DNA from: Octopus vulgaris
Taxonomy: Eukaryota
Direction of reading: 5' to 3'
Length of the DNA: 64,000 bases
NCBI GenBank assembly: GCA_951406725.2
Contig: OX597830.1
Location: 42,780,001 to 42,844,000 of the forward strand
Shown piece by piece: positions 26,895 through 38,930 of this stretch. A program made the position numbers and the translations under genes. Below the pieces are notes generated by a model, which saw only the letters and a list, made by a program, of their open reading frames with translations, did no database searches and was not told the origin of the DNA. How positions within the stretch are numbered: the first letter of the stretch is position 1; each line of letters begins with the position of its first letter.

Positions 26895-27461
26895 GGATCT
26901 TTTTCTTTTGAACGGCAGATGTCAACACAATATCTAGTTAAACATCATTTTCTCTTGGTTTTATTGAGAAAATTCTATAGTTTGTAAGATATTTCGTCTG
27001 AAAATCCGAGCATTTCGGCAATTTTAACCAATCGATTACCTCCATTCAACTAAAATCATTTGCTGCATCTAAAACTGAGACAACATCCTGTAACTAACCC
27101 TAAACCTCCCCACTAACCCTAAAGTTTTTTTCTTAATTGTTAAATTAATTTAATTCCATTGCTTTAGTTTTTTTTATACGCGTAACAATTAAGAAAAAAA
27201 AAGGTTAGGGTTAGGGGGGAGGTTTAGGGTTAGTGACAGGATGTTGTCTCAGTTTCAGACACAGCAAATGATTTTAGCTCAAAAGAGAGCATAGGATTGG
27301 TTAAAATTTGAAAAATTAAACTACGTTAAACAAACAAATTACAATTTTCTCAAGAAAGCCAAGAGAAAAAAATGTTTTATTTTGACACATTCTACCAGTA
27401 TACGAATTTTTAAAGTGTTTAGTTAACTAGAAATTGTCTGCCGTTCAAAAGGAAAAGATCC
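26895..27461. mobile_element. Foldback MITE with GGATC termini and a perfect 8-bp TSD (Merlin-like)
   Basis: TIRs GGATCTTTTTCTTTTGAACGGCAGA / TCTGCCGTTCAAAAGGAAAAGATCC. TSD TATGTTGC at 26887-26894 and 27462-27469. Internal arms are also inverted. Confidence 0.88.
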
Positions 27462-27573
27462 TATGTTGCTACTGTTTTAGTAATTTAATTTCCTTGATGA
27501 TAAAAAGAAAAACAAAACAAAAAAGACAACAACAAAAAACAAAAGGTAACAAAGATGCTATTTTTATACCCAC

Positions 27574-27713
27574 CTGATAAGATTAAGTCAACTCTGTAAG
27601 AAGAATCTAGAATTGTTTTGGCTACTCTGGGTTGATGTGCAAGTACGACAACTGGTTGAGTGGGATCACAACTGGATAAAGCTGCATCAATATCAGGGCC
27701 ATGACCATGGTAG
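27574..27713 (-). CDS. TMPPE: TMPPE-like coding exon 4 (LAHQP motif)
   Basis: Not in the ORF track. Acceptor ttgttgttgcag and donor CAG|GTGGGT; 140 bp, phase 2 to 1. Translates YHGHGPDIDAALSSCDPTQPVVVLAHQPRVAKTILDSSYRVDLILS(G). Confidence 0.95.
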
Positions 27714-27913
27714 CTGCAACAACAACCACATGAATATTTAGGAAAATGAAGATGCTGGCATGGCTGTGTGGCAAAGAAACTTATTTCCTAACCATGTGGT
27801 TTCAAGTTCAGTCCCACTGTGTAGCACTTTGGGTGCCTTCTACTATAGCCCTGGGCTGACCAAAACTTTGTGAGTGGATTTGGTGGAAGAAAATGAAAGC
27901 AGCTTATAGTATG

Positions 27914-27946
<33 letters not shown>

Positions 27947-28276
27947 TTACCTTAGTTTGCATCATGTGTTAATTGTAAATGAGCAGCACCAAAATAGAAA
28001 TGATGTTTGTTTCCAGACCACCATGAAAAACATGTTTGGTCATGGGGAAACATTACATAGTTTGGAAACAGGTGACGGTGTGCAAAATGAAGGGCATCTG
28101 GAATGTAGAAAACTGGCCTTAACCAATTACGTCTGGCCCATGCATGTATGGAAAAGTAGATGTTAAACAATGAAAATGATGATTTAAAACCAGGAAGCAA
28201 TTTTAAAATTTCATAAGGGTCAGACATGACTATAAGTATGTAGTTCCCTTAAAGGGCTAGTGGTGCCTACCATTAA

Positions 28277-28762
28277 CCCCATAACATTGATTGATGTAAA
28301 TTTACGTGTGCCGTGTACTCACTTTGAATCAAATGACAAAAATATAGGCAGCCCTATCTGCTGCGGTTTTGTACCTGTTTGTATACCAGTTGATATAAAT
28401 ATTCGCTATCACTCATGGAATTGATAACAGAGGCCACCGTGCAAATTTCAAGGAATTTGATCGGTTTGTTAAACTCTTTATGTAAATGTTTCCAACTCAG
28501 TTCGAGACTTCCTCACCATAATAATATAAAAGCAGCAGTTTTGGCGGTTACACCACCATTTCCAGTCATATCTAGCCATGCCAGTTTCATTGAATTTATG
28601 GTCCTCGCACTGATGACAGTATGCATAAATAAACAGTGCAGGCTTTAAAGTGGTTGACGTAAATATATGCCAAACTATTGTTGTGCACTAATTACTGATC
28701 TCGGCTGAGATGATTACTATCAGTGCAACCTAGTTGCCTGATAAAAAATTGTTGTCATGGGG
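28277..28762. mobile_element. piggyBac-type MITE
   Basis: TTAA|CCCCATAACA ... TGTCATGGGG|TTAA. Confidence 0.7.
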
Positions 28763-31631
28763 TTAAGTGGCTGGAGGAACCCAGAACTCACATGGAAACC
28801 AAAAGCTGCTATATTGTCAACTCCAAATACAAATGATTTTTTGGTATTGTGCAGTTAAAAGAATAAATCTCGTTCCCTATAAGGATGCCAGTCTCTTGTT
28901 AACAACGACAATCTAACACGGAACTATGCAGCACATATGATAAATGTCTTCTACCATAGTCTCAGGTTAACTAACAATATGAGTGGAATTTGGTAGGCAG
29001 GAACTGTGCAGAAGACCATTAGATGTGTATGTAGTATACCCTTTATCTTCTATGAACATCAACAATTAAAATGAAAAAAACATGTGGCGCTTTACTAACA
29101 ATGTTCGTTGCATCATGTTAGATGATACAACGTCACTTTCGCTGTTGAAGAGACAACAGACCAGTGATTGGCCTTTTGGAAACTTATTAACAATGACCTT
29201 CTTCTTCACAAACAGTGATATAAAATAATAAATAAATATATCATTCTAATTAGTTTCAGAATAATACTTTCATGTTAGATGTTCATCTTTAACGAGTGAC
29301 TGGTATCCTGATATGACTAAGGTTTAGTTTTCAACTGCTCAACACCAATCACAATCAAATGGAAATTGTAGTTGCGGCCATTACCAGTGCTGGTGGCACA
29401 TGATAAGCACCATTCATTCATGCGTGAGTCACTGTCAGAGCTACCTGACTGGTTCCTATTGCCGGTGACATGTAAAAAGCACCATTCAAACGTGGTTGAT
29501 GCCAGCGCCCCTGCCCTGATTGGCTCCTGTGCTGGTGGTATGTAAAAAACACACCCACTACACTCTCGGAGTGGTTGGCGTTAGGAAGGGCATTCAGCTG
29601 TAGAAACATTGTCAGATCAGACTGGAACCTGGTGTGGCCTCCGGGCTTGCCAGTCTCAAGTCAAACCAGCCAACCCATGCCAGCATGGAAAACAGATGTT
29701 AAATGATAATAATGTTAAAATAACAGATTTTAAAATATAAATATTAACGACAGAAGTATTAGTACTAAGAGGTCATATTTATCCTCACATAAAAGTGGAT
29801 GTTGTTAGAATGAGAGAACTTCTCATGAAGGCTTTTGGTGCATATAAGCATTCTTGAAGCAGCAAGAAAACTAAGTATATTAAGGTATTGGACAACTTGG
29901 TAAGATAACATGAATTCAAATCTGCTGGTGGCATTTGTGTTATTGAGCTCTGTATACAAGATAAAACAATGTTGAGTTTCAAGTCAGAGTCTGCTACATC
30001 TTGCTGTACTGAGTCTAAGCTCAGGCTTCGGTTTTAGACTACAAATGATGAGTGGAGTGCAACAGGTGACTCTATGTTAATCTCATTACATACTAAATAT
30101 CCTTCATCATATGGACATCTTTCGATAATATTACTTCATAATAAAACTGATCTTCAGAAATGAAGCACTATGTAATCAGGGATGATGATATCTATGAAGA
30201 CATGGTCAACCCATCATTGTTAACAGGAGAAAAGAAAAAAAAAATGATAAAAATAGAAGATAACAAATATTGATGGTGATGATGATTGTGTCACATATAT
30301 TATGACCCCCACACCTTGAGGGTATGCCCTAGCACTTGCCATTGTTTATCGCTCCCTTCTTTACTCTACCATCCCATATATTCCCTGATCTCTGTTCCTT
30401 GTGAGTATACCCTGGTGCTTTGTCACCATCTCTCTCCTGCACTCACTCGCTCTCCTGTTCTCTCTCTCTCTCCTTCTCTTGTTATTCCCTCTGGCTAGGT
30501 AACCATGTATCTACTTGACAGTAGCACACCTGTTTCTTCCTCTTTCTTATTAACTCTCTCTCTCTCTGTCACACTCTACCCTTTCATCATCTGACACAAG
30601 ATCATCTCCTCCAATGCCCCCTCCCCCTTCAAAGAGTCCTTGTCTTGCAAGTTACTTGGTGAACCTGTCATTGCTGGTGCCACATAAAAAGCATCCAGTC
30701 CACACTGCAAAATGTTTGGCATTTGGAAAGGCCATCCAGCTGTAAAAACCCGTGCCAAAACTGACCTCACCTGCGCTGGTGCCACGTAAAATGCACCCAA
30801 TCCATTCTGCGGGGTGGTTGGTGTTAGGAAGGGCATCCAGCCATAAAAAAACCATGCTAAAACAGATACAGAAGTATGGTGCAGTCTTTTGCCTGGCCAG
30901 CTCCTGTCAAACTGTTCAACCCATGCCAGCATGGAAGGCAGATGTTAACAAGGATGATGATGATGATGATGAAATCTGGACACTGCAAACTTACCAAATT
31001 TCTTTTTGACACCACAAGCCTATGCCAATTTATTAATTAGTTCAACACTCCACTCACTAAATCAGTAGTTCTTTGTTATTAGATAAATGCAGTAGTCTAG
31101 TTAGGATTCACTTCATCATTTGAAACAAAACAAAAAACTTCAGGAGCTTCATCTGTTTAGAATGGAACAAATCCATCAACAAGAGGACATCTTAGTGACT
31201 GTTGAACCTGCTAAAAGTTACAACTACATCTTAAGAGGACACATAAGACAATATAGTTCATCATCATCGTTTAACGCCTGACTTCCATGCTGGCATGGGT
31301 TGGATGGTTTAACTGAGGACAAGCAAGCCAGGAGACTGTACCAGGCTCCACTCTGATCTAGCAAAGTTTCTACAGCTGGTTGCCCTTCCTAATGCCAACC
31401 ATTTCGAGTAGTGGGTGCTTTTTACGTGTCACTGGCATTGGCCACGCTTGAATAGTGCTTTTTACGTGCCACCGGCATGGGAGCCAGTCAGCTGGCACTG
31501 GCATTGACCATGCTTGAATGGTGCTTTTTACATGTGAGTGGCATGGGAGCCAGTCAGGCAGCTGCTAGAATATCCTTGTTCATAGTTTTACCTGCTCAAC
31601 AACAAAGGAGCTAAAATGAACTGAATCTTAC

Positions 31632-31800
31632 CCCAAGTGAACAGCATCAATGTCATCAACTCCAGCCAAACAAAACTGCTGAGCTGCTTTCACACCAGTG
31701 CGAGGAAGTTTGATGTTGGTATTGTGTAATACAATGTAACCAAGTTCTTTCATGTGATTATACCAATTGTCAACATCCCCAGTATAATATTCGTGGTTTC
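31632..31800 (-). CDS. TMPPE: TMPPE-like coding exon 3 (GNHE motif)
   Basis: Acceptor poly-T...atgttaccag and donor GG|GTAAGA; 169 bp, phase 1 to 2. Translates (G)NHEYYTGDVDNWYNHMKELGYIVLHN...FCLAGVDDIDAVHL(G). Confidence 0.95.
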
Positions 31801-34139
31801 CTGGTAACATAAAAAAAAAAAATTTAATAGGCAAGTGAGGTTAGGAGCAAAGGTCAAATAAAAGTACCTACTTTAACTAAAAGCAATATACACATTATTA
31901 CATTCAGTAGATGAGAGAGAAAAACTTACCGTATAAAAAACATGATTTATCATTACACACTCAATAGGTGTTAGCATTGGGGCAATATTTTCTAAGTGGG
32001 CAAAGATTTTTAATTTCTTCATATTCCAAAAGAGAGTGTAAATAGCTGCATTGCTATGAGTACCAGAAAAAAAAAGGAAAGAATACTTAGAGATGTGGAT
32101 TCTACAATCTGCAGTAATTTTAAATCAGAACTGATACAGTGCTGAAAGGGACTCTAGTTTCTCTGCAAATAACCCTTCTAGTGTCAGTGGCATGATAAAA
32201 TGCTATCAGTCAGCACTGTAAAATGGTTGGTGATAAGAGGGTATCCAACTAAAAAAAAAAAGCATGTAAAAGGAAAGAAAGAAACTATACTATCACAAAG
32301 TTTTCTGGTTTTCTCTGTTGTTTGTGTATTTGATGAGAGCAACAACATATGGCAAGATGCTGGGGGAGACCTATCCAACTGATTCCAGCATAAAAAAGAA
32401 AATAAAAAATGATGGTTGCGATGATGTTGATAACCAACCAAAAGAGTAACCAGTTTATGTTTTTTCTAACAGCACTGCATTGAAGACTTGATTCTCAAAT
32501 GGCAAGTCCATTTCACTGCTGAATGTAGGTAATACAGTGTTGGAACTTGCCATTGTATGCAGTCTGGCACTCATAGAAAGGAAGTAGTTGATGTAATCAC
32601 CTGACAATAGACAAAGAAATATAAATTCACAGAGGTCATGAAATAAAGACTTCATAAGCAGGGGGGTACTGTTTGTAAATTGCCCTTTTTATTAAAGTAC
32701 AGTTAATTATACAAATGTTTGGAACATTCTACATATGTTATTAGTTAATTAATTTAAACTTTTTGTGATTGTATTTCTACTGAAATATACTAAGTATGTT
32801 TCAATTAATTTCGAAAATAAACAAGAATTTGGAAGGATTTAATAAAATATATAACTTTTTTCTTATTTATTGGTTTATCAAACATTGGTGTTTGGAACAT
32901 GATAAAATGTTCTTATATAACATAATAAAATACAATAAAAGAAAAAAAGTTTTAATTTAGATATGAATATGTAGTTACAACAAACTTCCTATCACACATT
33001 CCATTGAAAATGGTCTGTTACTGAATCATGTTTTGGATTGTAAAAAGCACTGGTGCTGGTGCCAAGTAACAAGCATTGGTGCTGGTTTTATGTAAAGAGC
33101 ACTAGTGATGGTTCCATACAAAAGGAACTGATGATGGTGTCATGTAAAAAGCACCCAGTACATTCTGTAAAGTGATTGGTATTAGGAAGGGCATCCAGCT
33201 GTAGAAATCAATCCAAAACTGACTATGGAATCTGGTGTTCCCTTGGCCTTGTCAGCTACTGTCAAGCTGTCCAACCCATGCCAGCATGGAAAATGGATGC
33301 TGAATAATGATGATGATAATGGGACTTGTCCCTATTCACCAGAAAGGAACTGATTTAATAAGGCATTATAAAAGAGAAGATTAATTCCTAACATTTATTG
33401 GTTAGTTTTACATGCAATCATCTTATAATCAAGCCACAGGCAAGATACCATCCTTGCTGGAACAACTTCAAGAGTTACCATTGGAACAGTGAATATTAGA
33501 CTTACTTTTATTCATGAACACTGCTTTACTGCAATTTAAACACCACAGACATCCAAAAAACCATTGTGAGCGCTTTGAGTAAAGCTTATTAAACTTCATA
33601 TCATTTTAACTGCCTGGCAAATGTTATAACCTCTTCTGCTAATTACAAAGCTCCCCTCTCTGCTAATTAGCAATGAACTAGAAGAGTATAAATTAATAAA
33701 GCGTTGTAATTATACACCATAATTGTCATATTCTTTTATCTTTTACTTGTTTCAGTTATTAGACTGTGGCCACGCTGGGGCACCACCTTGAAGAATTTTT
33801 AGTCAAATGAATTGACCCTAGTACTTTTTTTAAAGCCTGGCACTTGGTCTATCAGTCTCTTTTGCTGAACCGCTAGGTTTTAGGGATGTAAATACCAACA
33901 TCAGCTGTTGAGTGGTGGTAGGGAACAAACACAGACATGAAGATACATACGATGATGATCTTTCAGTTTCTGCCTACCAAATCCACTGACAAGGCTATGG
34001 TCAGCCCGAGGCTATAGTAGTAGACACTTGCCATTGGTGCCACACAGTGGGAGTGAACCTGGAACTATGTGGTTGGGAAGCAAGCTTATTCTTACACCAT
34101 AATAATAGTGAAATTATTGTGTATAGTACTCAGGTGTAC

Positions 34140-34845
34140 TACAACTCATCAAAGGTGCATGTACAGTACATAGAATTATGTACAAAAGGCAGGAAAGTGA
34201 ACAGTGTAAGAGTCACGATATACATGTGTGCATGTGTATGGGGATATCAGGTGTAGTGCTAGCGAATTTCAGAAGGCATGGTGGTTTTAAAAGATGCAAT
34301 GTCTCAGCATCTAACAACTGATGCAGGTACTTTGTTCCATGTTTCAGCAACCCTGAGTGTGAAAAAATGTTTCTGAAAGTCAGGGAGCTGTGCTGTTTCC
34401 TGACTTTGTAGGAATGCCCACATGTGTTAGACACATAGAATTCAAAAAGGTGTTCGAGGTTGTTGTTGGCACGAGGTTAACAATTTTGTGGGTGTTTACC
34501 AATTTAGTTGCCAGATGTTGGAGCTTCAATGTATCCATACCTAGGGAAGCAAGGTGTTCAGATTATGGTAGATGCCTGATGGAGGGTATTCCCTTGGTTG
34601 CATGTCTCTGAACAGTTCCCAGGAGGTCAATGTTCTGAGCAAAATAGATGCTCAGATTGATGATGCAAATTCCATAGCCATATACTGCCTTAAATAGATA
34701 ACTGGAGGGTGGCTGACAAAGGTCTTGCTGAGTGATGCTATGATACCCACGGCCTTCTTGACAATTTTAGAGATGTACTTTCTCCAGTGCAAATCGTTGC
34801 TGACAGTAATGCCCAGGTCACTTTCACAAGAAGACTTCACGATAT
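34140..34845 (-). mobile_element. CR1-type LINE 3' fragment
   Basis: SCESDLGITVSNDLHWRKYISKIVKKA and downstream E-x-V-Q-R...RG-type remnants typical of the CR1 ORF2 C-terminus. Confidence 0.7.
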
Positions 34846-34859
34846 TAGAGATGTGGAGG

Positions 34860-35019
34860 CACTAGTGTAGCTAGGGGGATGGAGTGGTCTGCTCTGGGAA
34901 GTACTTTTAAAGGGGCACCACTTTTGGATCTGCTGTAGGTAATATGTATTTTTTGTGAGGTCTGGGGGCAGCAAATGTAAGGGCTGCCCCAGGTGGCACA
35001 CACTCTAGCTATGCTAGTG
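34860..35019. mobile_element. Small MITE
   Basis: TIRs CACTAGTGTAGCTAG / CTAGCTATGCTAGTG, whose mismatches fit decay of one CpG. Confidence 0.55.
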
Positions 35020-36717
35020 TGTGAATGCTGGGTTTTTCGCTCCAAAAGGCATGGTGGTACACTTGTCCACAACCAGCTTGAGTTGCTAGTATTACTAAAA
35101 CTTGAGATTCAGTGTTGAAGCATAGATATAATGTATACTGACACTTCAAAGGCTAACACATCTAATTCAGTTTTGCTTCTCTTTCAGAAGAGAGATCTAC
35201 TGAACATTTTGCTGATGACAGCATGTACTGTTAGCTTCTACCTCTGTAGATTTAATTTAACTTCAATATCCACCTGCAGCCAATGATCAGTGATCTCGAA
35301 CCTTCATTAATGCCATTATTTTCAGTTGCTTTTTGGTATTGCTGATATTTGCTAGTCTCTCATTGGTATTGATTTTCTTCAGCATTTTGGTCTACAAGTT
35401 GACCCTCCATACTACCCCAGTTCACTAATATTATGTCAGATCTATTTTTTTTTTCTGTGGCAGATAATGCATCAGCCATACTTTTCATTCAAACATCTTA
35501 CAACCCATCTGACATCCAGCGATCTTTTAATTAATATGCTAAAAGGTCACTAAGTTATGCCAGCAAGATGAGCCCATGAAGCATGATGACTACCACCATA
35601 TTAAACCTACCAAACCTTTTGTAATTGATCATTTTCAATGGCATGCTGCTGATAAGCTGTAAATAGCAAGACTGAGTTCATATGTTGGAAATGGTATTAC
35701 TGAGCCATTTGGTAACTGCTGGATATCACCAGTCCATATGGTACTATGGTTAAGTGGTTAGGGTACTTGGCTTACAATCATAAGGTCATGAGTTCAATTC
35801 TTGGTGATGTGTTCTGTCCTTGAGCAAGACACTTTATTTCACATTGCTCCAGTCCACTCAGCTGGCAAAAATGAGTAGTACCTGTATTTCAAAGGGCCAG
35901 CCTTGTCACACTGTATCATGCTGATTCTCCCTGAGAATTACATTAAGGGTACATGTGTCTGTGGAGTGCTCAGCCATATTTGCATGTTAATTTCACAAGC
36001 TGGCTGTTCCATTGATCAGGTCAACTGCAACCCTTGTCGTCATAACCTACAGAGTGCCAGTTATATGGTACTAAAAAGCCTGCAACAATGTGAACACTAT
36101 AAAGCATTCAACTGAATTACCATTCCTGATTGGTAGTCTATAGTGCTCATTCATGATTTCACATCAAATCTGAAGTTGAAGCATACATTTTCCCAAGAAT
36201 GATTTAGTCCTCACCTATAAACAAATAACTGTTTACACTGAAGTTTTGAAAGCGGCAATCACAATTCCTTTCAGATTATTATTTTGTCTGCAGGCCATTT
36301 GGATTGTGCAATACAGTACAAGCTTTTCAATGATTTATAAACTCAATGATAAAGGATATATATTTTGCCTATATGTATATCAACAATTTGTCCGTTATTA
36401 GCTAGATACCAGAACAGCACTAATAAAAAACTGTTTCTAATTTACACAGTTAACTAAAAATAGTGCCATAATCAATGCAATGAAATCTTAGTTAAGTGTA
36501 AAGATTTAAAATTTCCTGACATTATTATAATCTATTAATCTCACACAGTTCATTGTTTGTTGGTATCACAGATACCAACAAAACAATAACTTTGTGTGGT
36601 TAGAGCTTACAGGAATTAATCGACAACTAAATGTGATTAAAATTTCTGTGCAAATAAGATAAAAATATTGCTATTACTTACATTTGATGGATATTTGTCC
36701 TCATCTTGTTTGTTGTT

Positions 36718-36763
36718 AACACAATGTTTCGGCTGATATACCCTCTGGCCTTCATCAGGTGTT
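36718..36763 (-). ncRNA. Minimal type I hammerhead ribozyme motif (left arm)
   Basis: Minus strand AACAC-CTGATGA-A-GGCCAGAGGGTATATCAGCC-GAAAC-ATT-GTGTT. Stem I AACAC/GTGTT and stem II GGC/GCC. Confidence 0.65.
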
Positions 36764-36825
36764 TTGAGGAAATTTCAAACCTGGGTTTGCATTCTTAAGG
36801 TATTTTTTTATATTATTATTATTTA

Positions 36826-36898
36826 GGTCACTGCCTGGAATCGAACTTGGAATCTTGGGGTTAGTAGCCCATGCTCTTAACCATTACGCCATATGCCC
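36826..36898 (-). pseudogene. tRNA-like (SINE-head type) sequence, nominal ACT anticodon loop
   Basis: GGGCATATGGCGTAATGGTTAAGAGCATGGGCTACTAACCCCAAGATTCCAAGTTCGATTCCAGGCAGTGACC has A box TGGCGTAATGG and B box GTTCGATTCC. Poor acceptor and anticodon stems make a functional tRNA unlikely. Confidence 0.7.
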
Positions 36899-36943
36899 GA
36901 GGGCAATTATGGAATGAGAACCCAGGTTCAAAATTTCCCCAAG

Positions 36944-36985
36944 ACACCTGATGAAGGCTGGAGAGCATATCAGCTGAAACATGTT
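36944..36985 (+). ncRNA. Minimal hammerhead ribozyme motif (right arm, degenerate)
   Basis: ACAC-CTGATGA(36948-36954)-A-GGCTG-GAGAGCATAT-CAGCT-GAAAC(36976-36980)-ATGTT, with a 3-nt deletion near the cleavage site relative to the left arm. Confidence 0.55.
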
Positions 36986-37370
36986 AACAACAAACAAGAT
37001 GAGGACAAATATCCGTCAAATGTAAATAATGTACATAATTCCTCATCTCTCAAATATAGAACTGAAAAATATTGCTGATTATTTCCCCAAATTTCTTTTC
37101 GACTCTGAACAAATGACTTCTATGAATGAGAACAATCTTTGTAAAGTAAGGGTATACACTTAATTAAATCAATCCCCATTACATTGCCAAAACTTATTTT
37201 ATTGACTCTAGTTGGAGAATTCAGCAGAATTTAATCTCAGAACATAGAAGGATGAGGTAAATACTTTAACACATTTCATCCAACACAAACCATTGCAGTC
37301 AACTAAACACCTTTTTTTGCTTTTTGTTAGTTATGGAAAAGCTTAAGTACCCTTTTTGTGAGTCATGTAC

Positions 37371-37481
37371 CTGCTATGAAAAACTTCCCATGGACACTTT
37401 TGATGTCTTGCATTGGTGCCACAGCATCTTTTAACTTCTGCACAGAGCCATCAACCAAATCTCCTGTCATCACAACAATAT
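37371..37481 (-). CDS. TMPPE: TMPPE-like coding exon 2 (GDLVD motif)
   Basis: Acceptor ttttattcgtttcag and donor CAG|GTACAT; 111 bp, phase 1 to 1. Translates (D)IVVMTGDLVDGSVQKLKDAVAPMQDIKSVHGKFFIA(G). Confidence 0.95.
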
Positions 37482-38084
37482 CTGAAACGAATAAAAGCAA
37501 ATACTTTAAAACAGAGAAAAAAATATTTTTCTTTTAAATAAAACAAAGAAAAGAAAAAAAGGGGCCAGTTGGGGTTATTTTAAATATCTTTTCTTTGATT
37601 AATTTCATGAGAAGAGTTATTATTTAAAGCAACAGAATGAATAGTTTAAACAACCTCTATTAGACTTTTAACCTCATTATCTCTTCTGTTTTGGGAAACA
37701 TTGTTCCAAACAGTTTAATTTTTGTTCATCAACAGGTGCCTTACCTACCATGTTTATGAGGAAGCTACAAAGGGAGTCTGGACATAGCAGTTAAATCTTC
37801 CTCACTTTACATGTCATCATTTAAAAGAGTAAGAACATAGTCCTAGATATATTATAGATATTGGTTTTAAATCTTGGTACAAGGCCTGAAATTTTGGAGA
37901 GGGAGCAAGATAATTACATTGATACCAGTAACCAACTGGTGCTTATTCTATCAACTCCAAAAGGATGAAAGGCAGAGTTTTAACTCAGAATGTAAAGACA
38001 AAATGCTGCTTAACATCTGGCCCAGACTTGCTAATGATTCTGTCAGCTCACTGCTTTTTAGATGATAAACAACAACAACAGCCA

Positions 38085-38898
38085 CTGCTGGATGTGTAAT
38101 GTCAGTGTGCACACACGACAGAGTGTAAGCACCCTGAGAGAAATGCTGGACATAAGAAGCATCAGATGTGGCATGCAAGAGAGACGACTGTGCTGGTATG
38201 GTCATGTACTATGGATGGGTGAGGAGAGATGTGTGAAGAAGTGCCACTCCCAAACAGTTGAAGGTATCCGGGGGAGAGGAAGACCCAAGAAGACATGGGA
38301 TGAGGTGGTCAAGCATGACCTTCGAACGTTGGGCCTCACAGAGGCAATGATGAAAGACCAAGATCTCTGGAGATATACTGTGACTGCGAAGACTCGACAA
38401 ATAATGTGAATACATGGCTGTTTCCTGCACCAGTTTCGCATAGCCCCAGCCCATCCAAAGTACCTTGGATTGCAGAACGACCTGCTGTGCTTACCTTGGA
38501 TCATAGGGTGACCTGCTGTGCTTGAGGAGACCTATTGAGTCAAGTACATCAACATTAAAATAAATATCAAATGGAAATTGTAGTTGCGATACCTGTGCCG
38601 GAGGCATGAAAAAAGCACCATCCGAATGTGGCCGATGCCAGCGCTGCCTTGACTGGCTTCTGTGCTGGTGGCACGTAAAAAGCACCAACCGATCGTGGCC
38701 GCTGCCAGCCTCCACTGACACCTGTGCTGGTGGCATGTAAAAAGCACCCACTACACTCACGGGGCGGTTGGCGTTAGGAAAGGCATCCAGCTGTAGAAAC
38801 ACTGCCAGATCAGACTGGAGCCTGGTGCAGCCTCCTGGCTTTCCAGACCCCGGTTGAACTGTCCAACCCGTGCTAGCACGGAAATCGGACGTTAAACA

Positions 38899-38930
<32 letters not shown>
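38085..38930 (+). mobile_element. 5'-truncated RTE-type LINE 3' end with 3'UTR and (GAT)n tail
   Basis: WMCNVSVHTRQS...RRLCWYGHVL...GRGRPKKTWDEVVKHDL, then the abundant GTGCTGGTGGCACGTAAAAAGCACC-containing 3'UTR and a (GAT)n run. Confidence 0.85.

Larger units (their letters stand above)
36673..37064. mobile_element. Composite element: inverted Penelope-type arms with hammerhead motifs enclosing a tRNA-like cassette
   Basis: Arms 36673-36794 and 36912-37030 are reverse complements. Each has ACAC-CTGATGA-(stem II)-GAAAC. A tRNA-like sequence lies between them. Confidence 0.75.

Noticed and set aside
27090-27235. Interstitial telomere
   Set aside because: There are only a few TTAGGG-like units, and they are internal to a MITE.
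29765-30030. Possible coding exon within intron 3
   Set aside because: There are no convincing splice sites or motifs; it is more likely very old LINE debris. TMPPE is complete without it.
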